Numbered from the stretch's first letter, positions 38,166-50,310 are shown. The stretch is DNA of 64,000 nucleotides from Vicugna vicugna (GCA_013265495.1 MU058198.1:1500419-1564418), one strand, 5' to 3'. Made by a program: numbers and translations. Notes: generated from the sequence alone by a model not told the origin.

Positions 38166-41100
38166 GTAAGTAGGCCCCAGTTGGAGATTGCAAGGAGGAG
38201 AGCAATTTCTTGTGGTGTCTGTTCATTTCTTTTCTGTCCTCAAGTTGAGAGGACTGAGCAGCACAAATGGCTGGCTTGCCCAACCACTTAAAAGCAGAGC
38301 CCACCCCGGGTGTCTCTCTCCACTCATTTCAGGTCTCAGTCCAGCTGGTGAGTGACTCAGCGTCCTCAGAAGACCCCATGAGCCAGGTGACATGGGTCAA
38401 GCCAATGCAAGTTTTCAGGGTAGGATTGGTTCCCCATACACTGTGCCTGTTGCTGACCACTCCCACTGGAGGTGTGCAGTTAATTTTTTTTTTTTTTTAG
38501 TTCATAAGCTATTCAGAGCCTCCAATTCAGAGGGGAGGGAATAGAGTTAAGATGCAGGCTTCCCTTCATAACTTAGATTTGAACTCCAGCCTCTTTGGCT
38601 AGCAGAGTGGCTTTGCCAACTGGGACCACAGAATTGGGTCAAATAGTGCCTGCATTAGTTGGTTGAATGGAACTGCACATCCAGACACTAGGGAGCCAAA
38701 AGCCATTTCTAAGAGGCTTGATTTGACACACCCCAATAAACCATAAAGCATTAGCTGTCAGCTCCTTAGGAAGACTGCCTGGCCCTAAGCATAGAAAGAG
38801 GCTTTCAGCTCCTGACTTTTCTTGCATCTTTCCTTTTGATCCCATGGATTCAGTGCTATCGCTGTTCCCCTTCGTGAAACCTCCTGACAGTGCTACTCTT
38901 TTTACTTTCCCTTCTTTGACCCCTGTCTCTATCTCCTTTTAGGCCCTGTCTTCTCCACATACTCTCCCGTCAGCTGTAGGGGTCCTCTGAAGGTTAGCCC
39001 TTTGCACTGAGGCGCAAAGACCATGCAACCACTGTATGGTTCCAGCTCCCGTATCCAGCTGACCTCTCATCAGCCACCTGCAGGAACTCACCACAGACAT
39101 AATGGCCCAAAGCAGAACTTATCTTTCCACATGAAACCTCCCCTCCCCAGCTTGCCCGTTTCTGTCATAGCTCCTGTCACTGCTTTGTGACCCTTTGCTC
39201 TCATTCTTCATTCAACAGATATTTGAGTGCTTACCTTATTCCAAACACTGGGCTGGACATCAGGGATATAAATGAGCAAAACCGAGACAGGGTCCCTCAA
39301 AGGTGTTTCAGAGTTAGATGGAAAGAAATGTAAAATTACAATTGGGTGAGTGCTAGCTACACCAGGAACCCTCCCAATATACTTCCCTGCTCGAATCCCT
39401 GAAGCCGCTCTGCTGTTAATACCACACGGCATGTGAAGCTCCTTTCCGCATTTCTGACCCTCCTCCAGCTTCTCCAGGCGTTTTCTGCCCTTAGCATAGA
39501 CCACACGTACTCCATCAGAGTGCCTATGTACCCACTGAGGTCCTGAACAGTCCTTTGAGGAATAGAAATAACATATTGTAAGTGCTGTTTCTTTCTAGTT
39601 TTGTTGCATCGTTTTAAATGTTTATTTTGTATATATTTATAAAGGAATTATTAATACATTTAATGAACTTATAAATACATATATGAGAGCTAAGGGCTCA
39701 GAAGTTTTTTATTGAAAGGAGTAGATGATTAAAAAGTTTGCAAACCATTGACCTACACCTGCCCCTCATTAGTTGGTCATGTTCTTTTTCTTTTTTTTTC
39801 TTGTTTGTTTCATTTATGTTGGTGTGGTCTCTCCAACCAGACTGTCTATTCCTTGAGCACACAGACAACGTCTTACACTTTTCTAGTACATCCCATGGGC
39901 CCTTGCCTTGTCACTGTCACTAAATTAATGAGCATATACAAATACTTTGATTCAGTTGACCTTCTCTAGGGAGTCGACCTCAAGTTCTCTGCCCTCACCC
40001 AACCCCGTGAGGCCACTCATTCTGAATTTTTATATATTAGTCCGTATACCATGGTAACCTTTCTGTAGCTTCATGTACCAGTTGTTCTGCCCAGGTAATA
40101 CCCTTGATCATTGAAGGCTTCAAAACTTGGCCTCAGAGTGTCCAGCCTTGGTGCTGGGGATATCATAGTAGTATGTGCCCAGTAAACCTTTGCAGGTTCC
40201 CTCACGTAAGGACTGCTTAAGACCCTTTGGATTTTCAGTTAAGGCAATAATAAATCCTTCATTTGCCTCTGCTTGAATTGGCCCATTGTGGTATGAGCCA
40301 GAAGGAGGTGTGTGTGCCAGTGATGGAACCCAAGTGAGATCATTCTGTTGTGGTAGGGGAGGTACATGAGTTTTTAATTTTAAGATATATACTTGTTTTA
40401 CCATGTAGTAGAAAGAAAATAGAATCTCAGACAATTTTACAAATACTATGCTTAGGAGAGAGTCTATTTAAAGAAAAAAGTCCCATATTAGGATAGGTAG
40501 TGTGTGGATAGGGCAAAATCATGCAGGCAGCCTCTAAAGGACTGAATTTGGGGAACTCTAACCCAGCTTGTGCAGATGGACAGCTGGAGCCCCAGAAGCC
40601 ATCAGCCTCCTTACCCATATCTTTATTAAGGGCTTCTTTCTCCCTAATCCCTCATACAGACATAAGTAGTCTCTTGTAACCTTGCTTGCTGTGAGAGCTT
40701 AATAATAATCCAAAAGTATCTCATTTATCTCTCTGAATCCTAATGGGCAAATGGGAACATGGAAATCTATTCCCAAGGTGGACATCAGAGCAATAGCTTT
40801 TGAGAAACACAGAGGTCAGAGCACTGAGCCTTTGCCCCAAGGGGCTCAGCTGTGATTCTGTGTGTTGTAGTTCCTGGAACTTTTCTCTGCTCCAGGAGGT
40901 ACCATAGGACAGGAACGCCCTTGGAATTTCCAACCCGCACTGGCCCAGACTTCCCTGTGGGTGACATCCGGGGCTGATGCAATCTCAGCTCTGCTCTGAG
41001 GCACACTTGTGAACTCTTAGCAGAACCACGTGTTGACTCATTTTCTAACCTTGGAATGAAAGTGTTTCTCCCCATCTCCTCCCTGGCTTTCTGTTTTTCA

Positions 41101-41319
41101 GAATGAGCTTTTCATTTCTTTACTTGAAACTGGACTACCACGATTTGGCTGTTTTGGAATTTCAGAAGTCGTTTCTTCAACCCTCACTAATGAGAAAGAC
41201 AGTTTACAGTTCGAAATAAAAAGTGGATCATTCTCCAATATCTTACTCAAGGAGTTTCTAGACAGCACTTGCTGAAGCAATTGGGTTACCTGAAAGTCTG
41301 AGCCACATGGGGACAGTGT

Positions 41320-41950
41320 AAAGATGCACTCTTATTCATTGTTGGCAGGGATATAATTTATAGATTGTTCCTGGGAATATAAATTGGTACAACCTCTTAT
41401 AGGTAATTTGAATCTCCAGGGAAAATCTGTGTGAATTAAAAATGCATGGACCCTTTGACCTAGCTGTCCTCTCTTTAGGAAATTACCTTTTTCATATATT
41501 TGCATGTGAGCCAAAAAGCTTTTAGGAGGGATCCATTGTTTATGATGGCAAAGATTGGGAATGACCTAAATGTCCATTAGTAGAAGATTGATTAAATTCT
41601 AAAACACCCTTATGTTGGAATTTTGTGCAGCTATTAAAGAGAACGGGGCATCTCTGTATGTGTAAATATAGGAGCTTCACATTGTTAGTGAAAAAGCAAG
41701 GTTCAGCACAAAATGAGCTGTAATTTTGATAAGAAAACATACTAAGTCTACAGAGGTGTACATATATATATATATAGAATATCCACAGAAGGACAAACAA
41801 GAAGCTTCTAATAATTGTTGTCTCTGAGAAGGGGAACTGGGAGGCAGGAGGAAGACGGAGACTTTGTTTCACATTGTCCTTTTGTATTATTTGAGTTATT
41901 TTTACCATGTTGCTTGCATTACCTACCCTCAATAATTTTTAAAAGTTTAA
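41320..41950 (+). mobile_element. Old L1M ORF2 end/3'UTR
   Basis: GGGAATATAAATTGGTACAACC...CCCTTTGACCTAGC...GACCTAAATGTCCATTAGTAGAAGATTGATTAAAT. Confidence 0.7.
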
Positions 41951-42109
41951 TCCACAATAAATTTTATATTAAATTGCTTTTGATTTTTCAGAGTATGAAT
42001 ATTTAATTTACTGGCTGGTAAACTGAAAAAGTTTAAGAAAATGTACACCTGTACTTCATATGGCACTGAAAAGATGCTAACAGCTCCACCTGTTTCCCCC
42101 TTTTAATAG

Positions 42110-42202
42110 CTTACAGACGCAGACCTGATTAAACAGTGTATAGATGAATGTACAGCCAGGATTGAAATTGGACTACATTACCAGATTCCTTATCCAAGAC
42201 CA
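42110..42202 (+). CDS. LYRM1: LYRM1 coding exon 2 ([31 protein letters not shown], 31 aa)
   Basis: Pyrimidine tract plus TAG acceptor (42107-42109); 93 nt, phase 0/0; donor CCA|GTAAGT. Translation continues the LYRM1 protein. Confidence 0.96.
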
Positions 42203-42614
42203 GTAAGTGTGACTCCAGTTAACGTGCGGTGTGTACTTACTTATCCTTGTCAACCCAGTTATTTCCAAGAATATGTACCAAGAAGGCTAGTGTTTGCTGA
42301 AACGTCTAGGGCTGCTGTAGGAGGCATGTTGGAAATAAGGTATCCTTGCATGGCCACCGGCCCATCACAAAACGTCAGTGAATGCCTGATGCCACCTACT
42401 CATATGACTTTCCCACGTACGGAAGGGAAAGCCAGCTCACATTTATATAGCTTTCTCTTCTGACTTTCACCTTCTTTATGGAAATATTTTTATTTTCCTT
42501 ATACAGGCGTACTGTTAATAAAAGAATAAAATTCAAACCTTAAAGGAATAGGTAAGGTAGAAAGTGAAAACTGCCAAAAATTCTCACCCTGTGGAAATGA
42601 CCACTATATAACTG

Positions 42615-42697
42615 TTAAGTTGGACCATATGAAAGTGCCAGTATTCTACTCTTGACCTGCAAAAACAGCCATTTTATATTGTGTTGGTTCTACCTAA
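42615..42697. mobile_element. Mariner MITE, MADE2-like (~80 bp)
   Basis: Imperfect terminal inverted repeats TTAAGTTGGACCATATGAAAGTGCC ... GCCATTTTATATTGTGTTGGTTCTACCTAA, followed by TA. Confidence 0.6.
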
Positions 42698-42984
42698 TAG
42701 TTTGGTAATACATCCTTTTGTTCTTTTTTCCTATACTCACGTACATACACTTTCTTTACTTAAAGTGCATGGGACCCTAGGCACACTGTTCATTGACTGT
42801 TTTATTTCCTCTCTTCAGGGTATCTCTGCTTCCATCTTATGAAGTGGTTGCATTGTATCCTATTGTAAGAATATGCCACAATTTAACTAGCACCCTTTCA
42901 GTGGACATGTATGTTGGTCCCAATTTTCCACTATGCACAGATCATCTTTGTGCGCACACTTTTTCCCTCACCTTCTGTGGACTC

Positions 42985-43130
42985 TCATCTCACTGTGTGA
43001 TCGGTGGCTTTTCCTCTGTGTAGGAAATACGGCCAAGAAGAGCACAATCAGACAGATCATCTCACTGTGTGATCGGTGGCTTTTCCTCTGTGTAGGAAAT
43101 ACGGCCAAGAAGAGCACAATCAGACAGATC
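42985..43130. repeat. Perfect 72-bp tandem duplication (2 copies)
   Basis: 42985-43056 is identical to 43057-43128, plus a 2-nt TC overlap. Also visible as the doubled 24-aa peptide in ORF 42933..43166. Confidence 0.95.
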
Positions 43131-43350
43131 TGGGTTCAAATCCTGGTTCCACCACTTAATGTATAACCTTGAGCAAGTTTTTTTTTTAACCTTCTGAGCC
43201 TCCGTTTTCTCATACATAAATGTCAGAGTAATAATTCCCTATGAGATTATATTGAGGAATAATGTGTCAGGACTATAAGGACTAGTAAGTCAGAATAGAT
43301 TTAGCACTCAGCAGAAAGCATGGTTCTTAGTAAATCTTCAGTGAAATTTA
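43120..43350 (+). mobile_element. MIR SINE
   Basis: CAGACAGATCTGGGTTCAAATCCTGGTTCCACCACTT...ACCTTGAGCAAGTT...CTGAGCCTCCGTTTTCTCAT. Confidence 0.75.
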
Positions 43351-43402
43351 AGCTGCTGCAATAATGATCATTTTTAATATTATAATTATTCTTATTACTC
43401 AG

Positions 43403-43519
43403 ATTCATCTGCCTCCTCTGGGCCTTACCCCACTACGAGGCCGGGGACTTCGAAGCCAGGAAAAACTGAGGAAGCTTTCCAAACCAATATATCTCAAGTC
43501 TCACGATGAGGTTTCCTAA
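43403..43519 (+). CDS. LYRM1: LYRM1 last coding exon ([38 protein letters not shown]); full protein 122 aa
   Basis: Acceptor CTCAG ending at 43402; 38 codons plus TAA at 43517-43519. Total 53+31+38=122 aa, the length I recall for mammalian LYRM1. Confidence 0.96.
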   Translation: MHLPPLGLTPLRGRGLRSQEKLRKLSKPIYLKSHDEVS

Positions 43520-44304
43520 CGCAGAAGAAAGTTTATTTCTGAGGATGATGAGCCAGCGAGGCCTTGCATGTAAACCAGATAACAAAATCCTTCCTGATTA
43601 AGAGCAAAAAACCCAAGTATCTTCTTAAAACTTCCAAAGCACTGCTGCTCATCCCATGATGTGTGCTCACACACCCCTACAGTTTGTCAGGGTCTTGCTG
43701 CCTGAGTGGACACCAATCCTCGAGGTCATGGACCTCACCTCCTCCCTGAAGCATCACTTGGAAACAAGACTAAGGCCAGTGGAGAGAAGACTGAGGGGTG
43801 ACAAAGCTCTTCATGGGAATGCCGCTCACCAGACATGCCAGCTGGCATGAAGAAAGTAGCCAGTTGCTAGAAATTCTCCTGGATACTATAAAACTATATA
43901 CCACCCTCAGAATATATTTAGCTTTTTTTTTTTCAAGTTATAGATTTGCTTAAAAGTGGGCTTTTTGTGTGTGCTTTGTTATCTTTGGGCACTTCCAATT
44001 TCCAGATAAACTCCCCTTTAAAAATACATCATTGGATCAATCAGAGTTTTTCATGGAAATTTTATATGGGACCTCTCCCTACCCTCAACATACACATACA
44101 CGAAAGTGCATGAATTAAATGCATTAGTTTACTTTATCTAAAAACCCGTGATTACTTTGTGTACACTTAGGATCAGAAAGGCTCACTAGAAATTCTTACT
44201 GCATTCATTATGAGAATTTTACCTTAACATAATTACGAAGTACAAGGGCTAAGCTGGCTTTCAAATTATGTCTAAACAGAAATGGGACAAGTAGAGATTA
44301 AAAC

Positions 44305-44420
44305 ACTAATGATTTATAATGAAAAAGAATATATGTATGTATATGTATTACTGAAGCCTTATGCTGTACACCAGAATTTGATACCTTGTAACTGACTGTC
44401 CTTCAATTAAAAAACAAAAA
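44305..44420 (+). mobile_element. Short 5'-truncated L1 3' terminus in the presumed LYRM1 3'UTR
   Basis: ATAATGAAAAAGAATATATGTATG...TATGCTGTACACCAGAA...TTGTAACTGACTGTCCTTCAATTAAAAAA. Confidence 0.7.
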
Positions 44421-44772
44421 CACAAAGGACTTCCACCCCTGCATGTGTGGATAAGGCGAGATAACTATGGCAGGTCATTTGTACATCTGTGTCATTCCCT
44501 CTTACCTCCACAGAGGATGGGCATCACCTGTAAAGACAAATCTCTATTGATTCTGGTCTCTCTGTACTGTTTTCCAAAACGGCCTTGTGATCCTCAGAAG
44601 CGGCAGTTGATAACTTCCTGCCCACACCTAGATTTAGGATTCCTTTTTCACACAGATATTCAATCCAAAATACACATATTTCAATTTCAAAACATTTTCC
44701 TGTGAGCAGGAGCATACTTTCTCACAGTCAGGTGAGTAACAATTGCAGGGTTTGGTGATGACATGGAGAACA

Positions 44773-44778
44773 AATAAA
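44773..44778 (+). terminator. LYRM1: Candidate LYRM1 polyadenylation signal AATAAA
   Basis: First canonical AATAAA I found downstream of the stop (~1.25 kb). Weaker ATTAAA variants occur at 44114, 44297 and 44407. Confidence 0.4.
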
Positions 44779-45506
44779 ATACTGTGTCAGTAAAGAAATA
44801 GCATGTGCATATTTAACACAAATGCAGTTACAGGCCTTTGGTGAAGAGAAAGAAATTTAAATGTGCTGACAGACATGCTGGCCACTCCATGGCCATTCAG
44901 TACATACCCCAGCCTCACCTGAATTAGGAGATACCAGTCTGCTGTTCCACCAAGTCCCTCTCCTTCCATCTGATTTCGTTGTGGAAGCATCTCTCTGCCC
45001 AGAAGTGGTTCTGATGTTTAAAGTATTTCTAAAGCAACATTAGGTCTGTGAACTTAAGACAACTAATTTATCTGGTGGTCAGTCAACAAAGTAGTGACCT
45101 GTTCTTGCATTGGATGAAAAACTGGCTGTGCTGAACTGAGTGAAACGTGTCTTGCCTGTCTCCATATTGGTCCCTTTCTAAGTATTTCAAGGTGATTTTG
45201 ACAATGCAATTTGTGTCTTACCCTGTTGAGGGTAGAAACCGTCCTTCCTACCCAGACCCCTCAAAGATGAAAGTTCATCTAACTGCTGGCTAACCTCTGA
45301 GTGTCTTCTGTGTGCCAGGAATCTGAACTAAACGTGAATTTTATATGTCTAGCCTCCTTTGTAAAGATGCATGTTTTGTTATACAAAACATAATTTCCTA
45401 CCAAAACTTCCATGTAAACTGTTTGTTTATAATTTTTCTCCACTTTCTTTCCAACCCTATACAATCTCCATCTTTGGTCTTTTAAGGTATCCCCAATATC
45501 CCCTCT

Positions 45507-45542
45507 CTTTTTTTTTGTATGTCTTTTTCTTTTTTCTTTCTT

Positions 45543-45600
<58 letters not shown>

Positions 45601-46035
45601 GAAGTATACAGTTGTTTACAATGTTGTATTAGTTTCTGGTGTATGGCAAATTGATTCAGATATATATACTCTTTTTTATATTCTTTTCCACTATGGTTTA
45701 TTACAAGATACTGAATACAGTTCCCTGTGCTATTCAGTAGGACCTTGTTGTTTATCTTTTTTATATATAGTAGTCAGTATCTGCTAATCCCAAACTCCTA
45801 ATTTATCCCTCTCTCCCTCCTTTCCCATTTGGTAATTATAAGCTTGTTTTCTGTGCCTGTTTCTATTTTGTAAATAAGTTCATTTGTTTCATATTTTAGA
45901 TTCCACATATAAGTGACATCATGTATTTATCTCTCTCTGACTTACTCATTCCATAGGATAATCTCTGGGTCCATCCATGTTGCTGCAAATGGTATTGTTT
46001 CATTCTTTTTATGGCTGAGTAGTATTCCATTTTAT

Positions 46036-46080
<45 letters not shown>

Positions 46081-46970
46081 CCACAACTTCTTTATCCAGT
46101 CATCTGTTTATGGACATTCAGTTTGCTTCCATGTCTTGGCTACTGTAAATCGTGCTGCCACAAACACTGGGGTGCATGTATCTTTTCAAATTAGATTTTT
46201 TGTCTTCTTCAGATACATGCCCAGGAGTAGGATTGCTGGATCAGATAGTAAGTTTATTTTTAGTTTTTTAAGGAACCTCCATACTGTCCTTCATAGTGTC
46301 TGCACCAATTTACATTCCCACCAACAGTATAGAGGGTTCCTTTTTCTCCACACCCTCTCCAGCATTTATCATTTATGGACTTTTTAATGATGGCCCTTCT
46401 GACTGGCATGAGGTGATATCTCATTGTAGTTTTAATTAGAAATACAACAGATTTCTATATGTTAATCTCATATCCTGCTACTTGTTGAATTTGTTGATCA
46501 GTTCTAGTAAATTACTAGAAATTTAGGAGTCTTTAGGATTTACTATATATAGTAACTATAAATGTTATCATCTGCATATGATGACAATTTCATCTCTTCC
46601 CTTCTAATTTGGATCCCTTTTGTTTCTTTTTCTTATCTTATTGCTGTAGCTGAGACTTACAATACCATGCTGAATAGCAGCGGTGAGAGTGGGCATCCTT
46701 GTCTTGTTCCAGATTTTAGCTGGAAGGCTTTCAGATTTTCACTTCTAAGTGTGATGTTGTCTGTGGGCTTGTCATAAATAGCTTTAATTACGTTGAGATA
46801 TGTTCCCTCTATATCCACTTGGTAAGAGTTATCATCGTGAATGGATGTTGAATTCCATCAAATGATTTTTCTGCATCTATTGAGGACACTGTGTCTTTTC
46901 TTTGGTTGATGTGGTGTATCACACTGATTGATTTGTGTATGCTGAGCAATCTTTATGATCCGGGGACTGC
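45507..46970 (-). mobile_element. Relatively young 5'-truncated L1 (poly(A), 3'UTR, ORF2 fragments) between LYRM1 and DNAH3
   Basis: ~52-nt pure poly(T) at 45546-45597, L1 3'UTR, and ORF2 C-terminal peptides ([14 protein letters not shown]). Candidate TSD ATCCCCTCT at 45498-45506 and 46971-46979; internal (CA)n(TA)n at ~46035-46080. Confidence 0.9.
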
Positions 46971-48199
46971 ATCCCCTCTTTCAGTGAAATTTTCTTCCAG
47001 TGCTGACAGGGACTGAAAAGTAACAACAGCCCAGATTTTTAAATAGCAAAGACTAGCTTAGTGACAAGGTTTGTCCCATGTCATCTGCTGAGCTATTTAT
47101 AGACAAGGCCTACAGCTTCTCACAGAGCTGATCTCTGGTCATCTTGGCCCAAGGACTCCAGCCTCTAATTCACCAGGATTTCTGAAGAACATACTGCTCT
47201 TTCCCAGGGGGAAACATTAATTACCACAAGTATAAATGTTAATTGCCCCAGTAGAAAATGACCTCAAATTTAGGGCAATCTTTATTTTCCAAGTAGAGGA
47301 CATTTTTTCAATCACAAAAATTTAATCCATCGTAGGGAAACATTCTGTCCCTTGACCCCTGAGGAATGAAACAGTCAGTCCCTGCTTCCCTCAGCTTTCT
47401 GTTGCTGAAGCTGGAGTTAGATAATTAAAATTAATTAAAATTCAATTGTTCTCTTAGCAACCCCCTCACTGCTGTACAGCTTGCAATGTGACTTACCTAA
47501 CAGTTCAAGAATCAGGAATTTGGGATCCTGACCATCTTTCCATCTCACATGACTAACAATCTTATTTGGAATAATGCACAATATGGCAGTTCCAGCTATC
47601 TATCAATTCTGATTTTCTTTCCTCTACTGGAAGAAGTTGTGTTTCTTAAAAAAAAGTCAAAAGAGAGTGGCTCTTTCTGTCTATTGCCCCTGGCAAGATT
47701 TGAAATACTCCCCTTTTGCATTTAATCTCTAGGATTATGTAGATGACTTGCTGATCTCAGAATTCAGAGTCCTCAATCAGAATTTGATTGGCTTCATATT
47801 CTAATGAAGAAATAAGCTTTCTGGAATATGTTTATTTGGTCCTCAGAAGCTTCATTCAGGAAAAGTCAAAGATCCCACATCAGGACACTTCTTCTAGTGA
47901 AGAGCCAGGGAAGCCAGGTCACACGCATTAAGACTCTCAAAAAGCCTTATGTCTTTGCTCATCTATGAACTGACCAATGGAATGCCCAGAAAGTAGCCAC
48001 TTAGAGCCAAAGAGCTACAATGAGAAAGTTAGTTGAGAAGTAATACATCAAGAATTTGATTTTTATCTCCCCCAGGATTCTCTTCCAGCTGGCCCTGGGG
48101 AGAAACAATGATAAACCAGAAACTTCTGGGACATGGTTGTTGGAACGACACACCCCTTCTAATATTCTTCCATCACAGCATAGCCAAGTCCTGAGCAAG

Positions 48200-48990
48200 G
48201 AGGCAGCATGAAGCAGTGAAAAATGCATGGGATCTAGAGCCAGACAGACGTAGGCTCAAAACCTGGCTCTTCAGTGTGAAAGAGCTTGGCGATCTTGGGC
48301 AAGTTACTTAATCTCCCCGAACCTCTAGAGAAGGAGACAATCGTGTCCAACATAGGGACAAGCAAGACATCTAACGGCCTGGGTACAACCCAATGGCGAA
48401 TAATAGACATTGGTTCTCTCATGTCTCCTTGCTTCCCGAAATTTCTGCCCATCTGTAGGCTAGTGGGGAAGCCCTGGGGTCCCAGTTCACCACTGACGAG
48501 CTGCAAGACTTTGAGCTAGTAACTCTGCTAAGCCTCCGTTTCTGTACCACTAAAATGGAGGGGATAATACCTCCCACATAAAGTTGTTGTGAGACGTGCA
48601 TTTTAAATATATCAAGAGCCTTTAAGACATAAAAGTGGCCCAAGCCTCTTTCAGCCTCTGAGAGACCATGATGTTAGCCCATGTGAACAGATTAGGAAAG
48701 AAGCAATTGAAGTTCAGGGACAGTTAGGGCAAAATAATAGGGAAAAAAATACTCACAAGGGAGCTTAACCACATGACTAAAGGTCTAGGTTAAAGAGTCC
48801 CACTGCCTGTGTTCAAGCCCAGGCTCCACAATTTTAGTCGCCATCTGAATTGGAAGACGTTATTTACTTCCTCTAGATCATGGTTTCTGTAGCTGTAATA
48901 TGAGGACAATAGTAATAACTTACTTTACGGGGCTGCTCTGAAATACCTGGCTTGTAGCAAGTGCTCCATTACTATAACTGTCGTCGTCAT
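48200..48990 (+). mobile_element. Cluster of about three MIR fragments
   Basis: Repeated MIR cores: TAGAGCCAGACAGACGTAGGCTCAAAACCTGGCTC; TAAGCCTCCGTTTCTGTACCACTAAAATGGAGGGAT; CTGCCTGTGTTCAAGCCCAGGCTCCAC. Confidence 0.6.
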
Positions 48991-49047
48991 CATACCATGT
49001 GGCTCTCAAGAAAGGAAAGCTAGGTTGTAGGCAAGAATGAAATGCCT

Positions 49048-49053
49048 TTTATT
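49048..49053 (-). terminator. DNAH3: DNAH3 polyadenylation signal AATAAA
   Basis: + strand TTTATT located 22 nt past the TGA stop (49076-49078). Confidence 0.75.
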
Positions 49054-49075
49054 TTCTGTGCTGAGACCGATGCCA

Positions 49076-49429
49076 TCAGTTATCCAGCTGGCACAGAGCG
49101 GCTACTCCTCGGTTTATCCAGTGCTTCTGGGGCCTGTCTGTTGGGAGTTCAATGGATAGGACATAGTTGGTGGAGTGGCCTGTGGTGGAGAGGACGCCTC
49201 TCCGGGCACTTGTTTTATAGACTGGACACACATAAATGTTCTGATGCAGAAACACTGCACTTTCCCCAGGTTTCAGCCAAATGATGGGCAGTGGATCGTA
49301 GAGGATCTTGGGGAGGGACTCGCCAATCTGCATCTTTTTCCTGTCCCAACGGGCACCTCCTAAGAAGAGTCCTTTTATGTAGGCCCCATCTTCTGCGTTA
49401 CGCTCCATGACCGTTTCTTGGGGGGTTAC
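49076..49429 (-). CDS. DNAH3: Dynein axonemal heavy chain 3, terminal exon ([28 protein letters not shown]...[15 protein letters not shown])
   Basis: Acceptor TTCCAG| at 49431-49430. Dynein C-terminal motifs [16 protein letters not shown] and [11 protein letters not shown] stop. Confidence 0.96.
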   Translation of the reverse strand, partial: VTPQETVMERNAEDGAYIKGLFLGGARWDRKKMQIGESLPKILYDPLPIIWLKPGESAVFLHQNIYVCPVYKTSARRGVLSTTGHSTNYVLSIELPTDRPQKHWINRGVAALCQLDN

Positions 49430-50039
49430 CTGGAAGACAAGAAGCTGTGAGTTCCATTACTTCCCTTTTTCCTAAATGGGGGGAAAAGTGTAACCTAGCT
49501 TTACTGTCTGCCTTTCCCAGGATGCATCTCCCAAGACACTGGGGTGTCTCTGTTAACATTCCTGCCTGCTATACACAGGCCAGGTCTGATTTCTAGTCAG
49601 CATGTTGCCCTTTCAGATGACAGGCAAAGAGACTGCACTACAGGAGGAGCCAGGAGGCCACATTAACTGTAACTAGCTTAGTGGCCTTGCACAATCTTTC
49701 TCCCTTTTTGAACCTGGGTCTATAAAAGCGAGGGGCTAGATTTAGATGCATCCTCGTAAAGCACTTCTCTAGGGGGGAGAAGTAAAGCCTTGACTTGTAG
49801 TTTTTGTCAATTTCTATGGTTTAAAGGCTCCCACCAAGGTCAATTTCAGGCTATCAACAAACCACCAGCTCCACTGGCTCTGGTGAGTTAGTATGAGCCA
49901 GCTCCAGCACACCACTGTTCAGATTCAGAAATGATAAACTGCTTCTGGTAAATGCAGAAAATGGTCCAGGTGTAGGACAAGAGAGGGTGGGGATTATGGT
50001 GAGCAGAGAGCACAGCTCCATATAAAATCATTCAAATTC

Positions 50040-50310
50040 TAATATTTTTGTTATTGTTAATGGAATGTTTTTCCTATTTCTATTTCTAAGTATTTATCAC
50101 TAGGATAGGAAAAGGCTTTTGATTTCTGTGTCTTTAACCAGTATCTAGTCATCTTACAAATTCTGTTAATTCTAATAGGTGTGTTTTTGGATTCTCTTAG
50201 GATTTCTAGGTACATAATCTTTCAACATCAAAAGAAGATGTTTTTTTCTTTCTTTCAGTGTTTATTCCAGTTACTTTGTTTTCTTATTGCATTAATTTTG
50301 GCTTAACATT
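50040..50310 (-). mobile_element. Old L1M ORF2 fragment
   Basis: TTGTTATTGTTAATGGAATG...TTGATTTCTGTG...GATTCTCTTAGGATTTCTAGGTACATAATC. Confidence 0.6.

Noticed and set aside
37959..38291. 110-aa single-exon LYRM1 ORF as given in the track
   Set aside because: It starts at an intronic TTG and reads through a consensus GTAAGT donor. The spliced 122-aa product is the coherent model.
42933..43166. ORF with a repeated 24-aa unit, or a CRISPR-like array
   Set aside because: By-product of a 72-bp tandem duplication: two adjacent copies, no spacers, eukaryotic intron.
45371..45787. 138-aa poly-Phe ORF
   Set aside because: Translation of the L1 poly(A) tail and 3'UTR in antisense.
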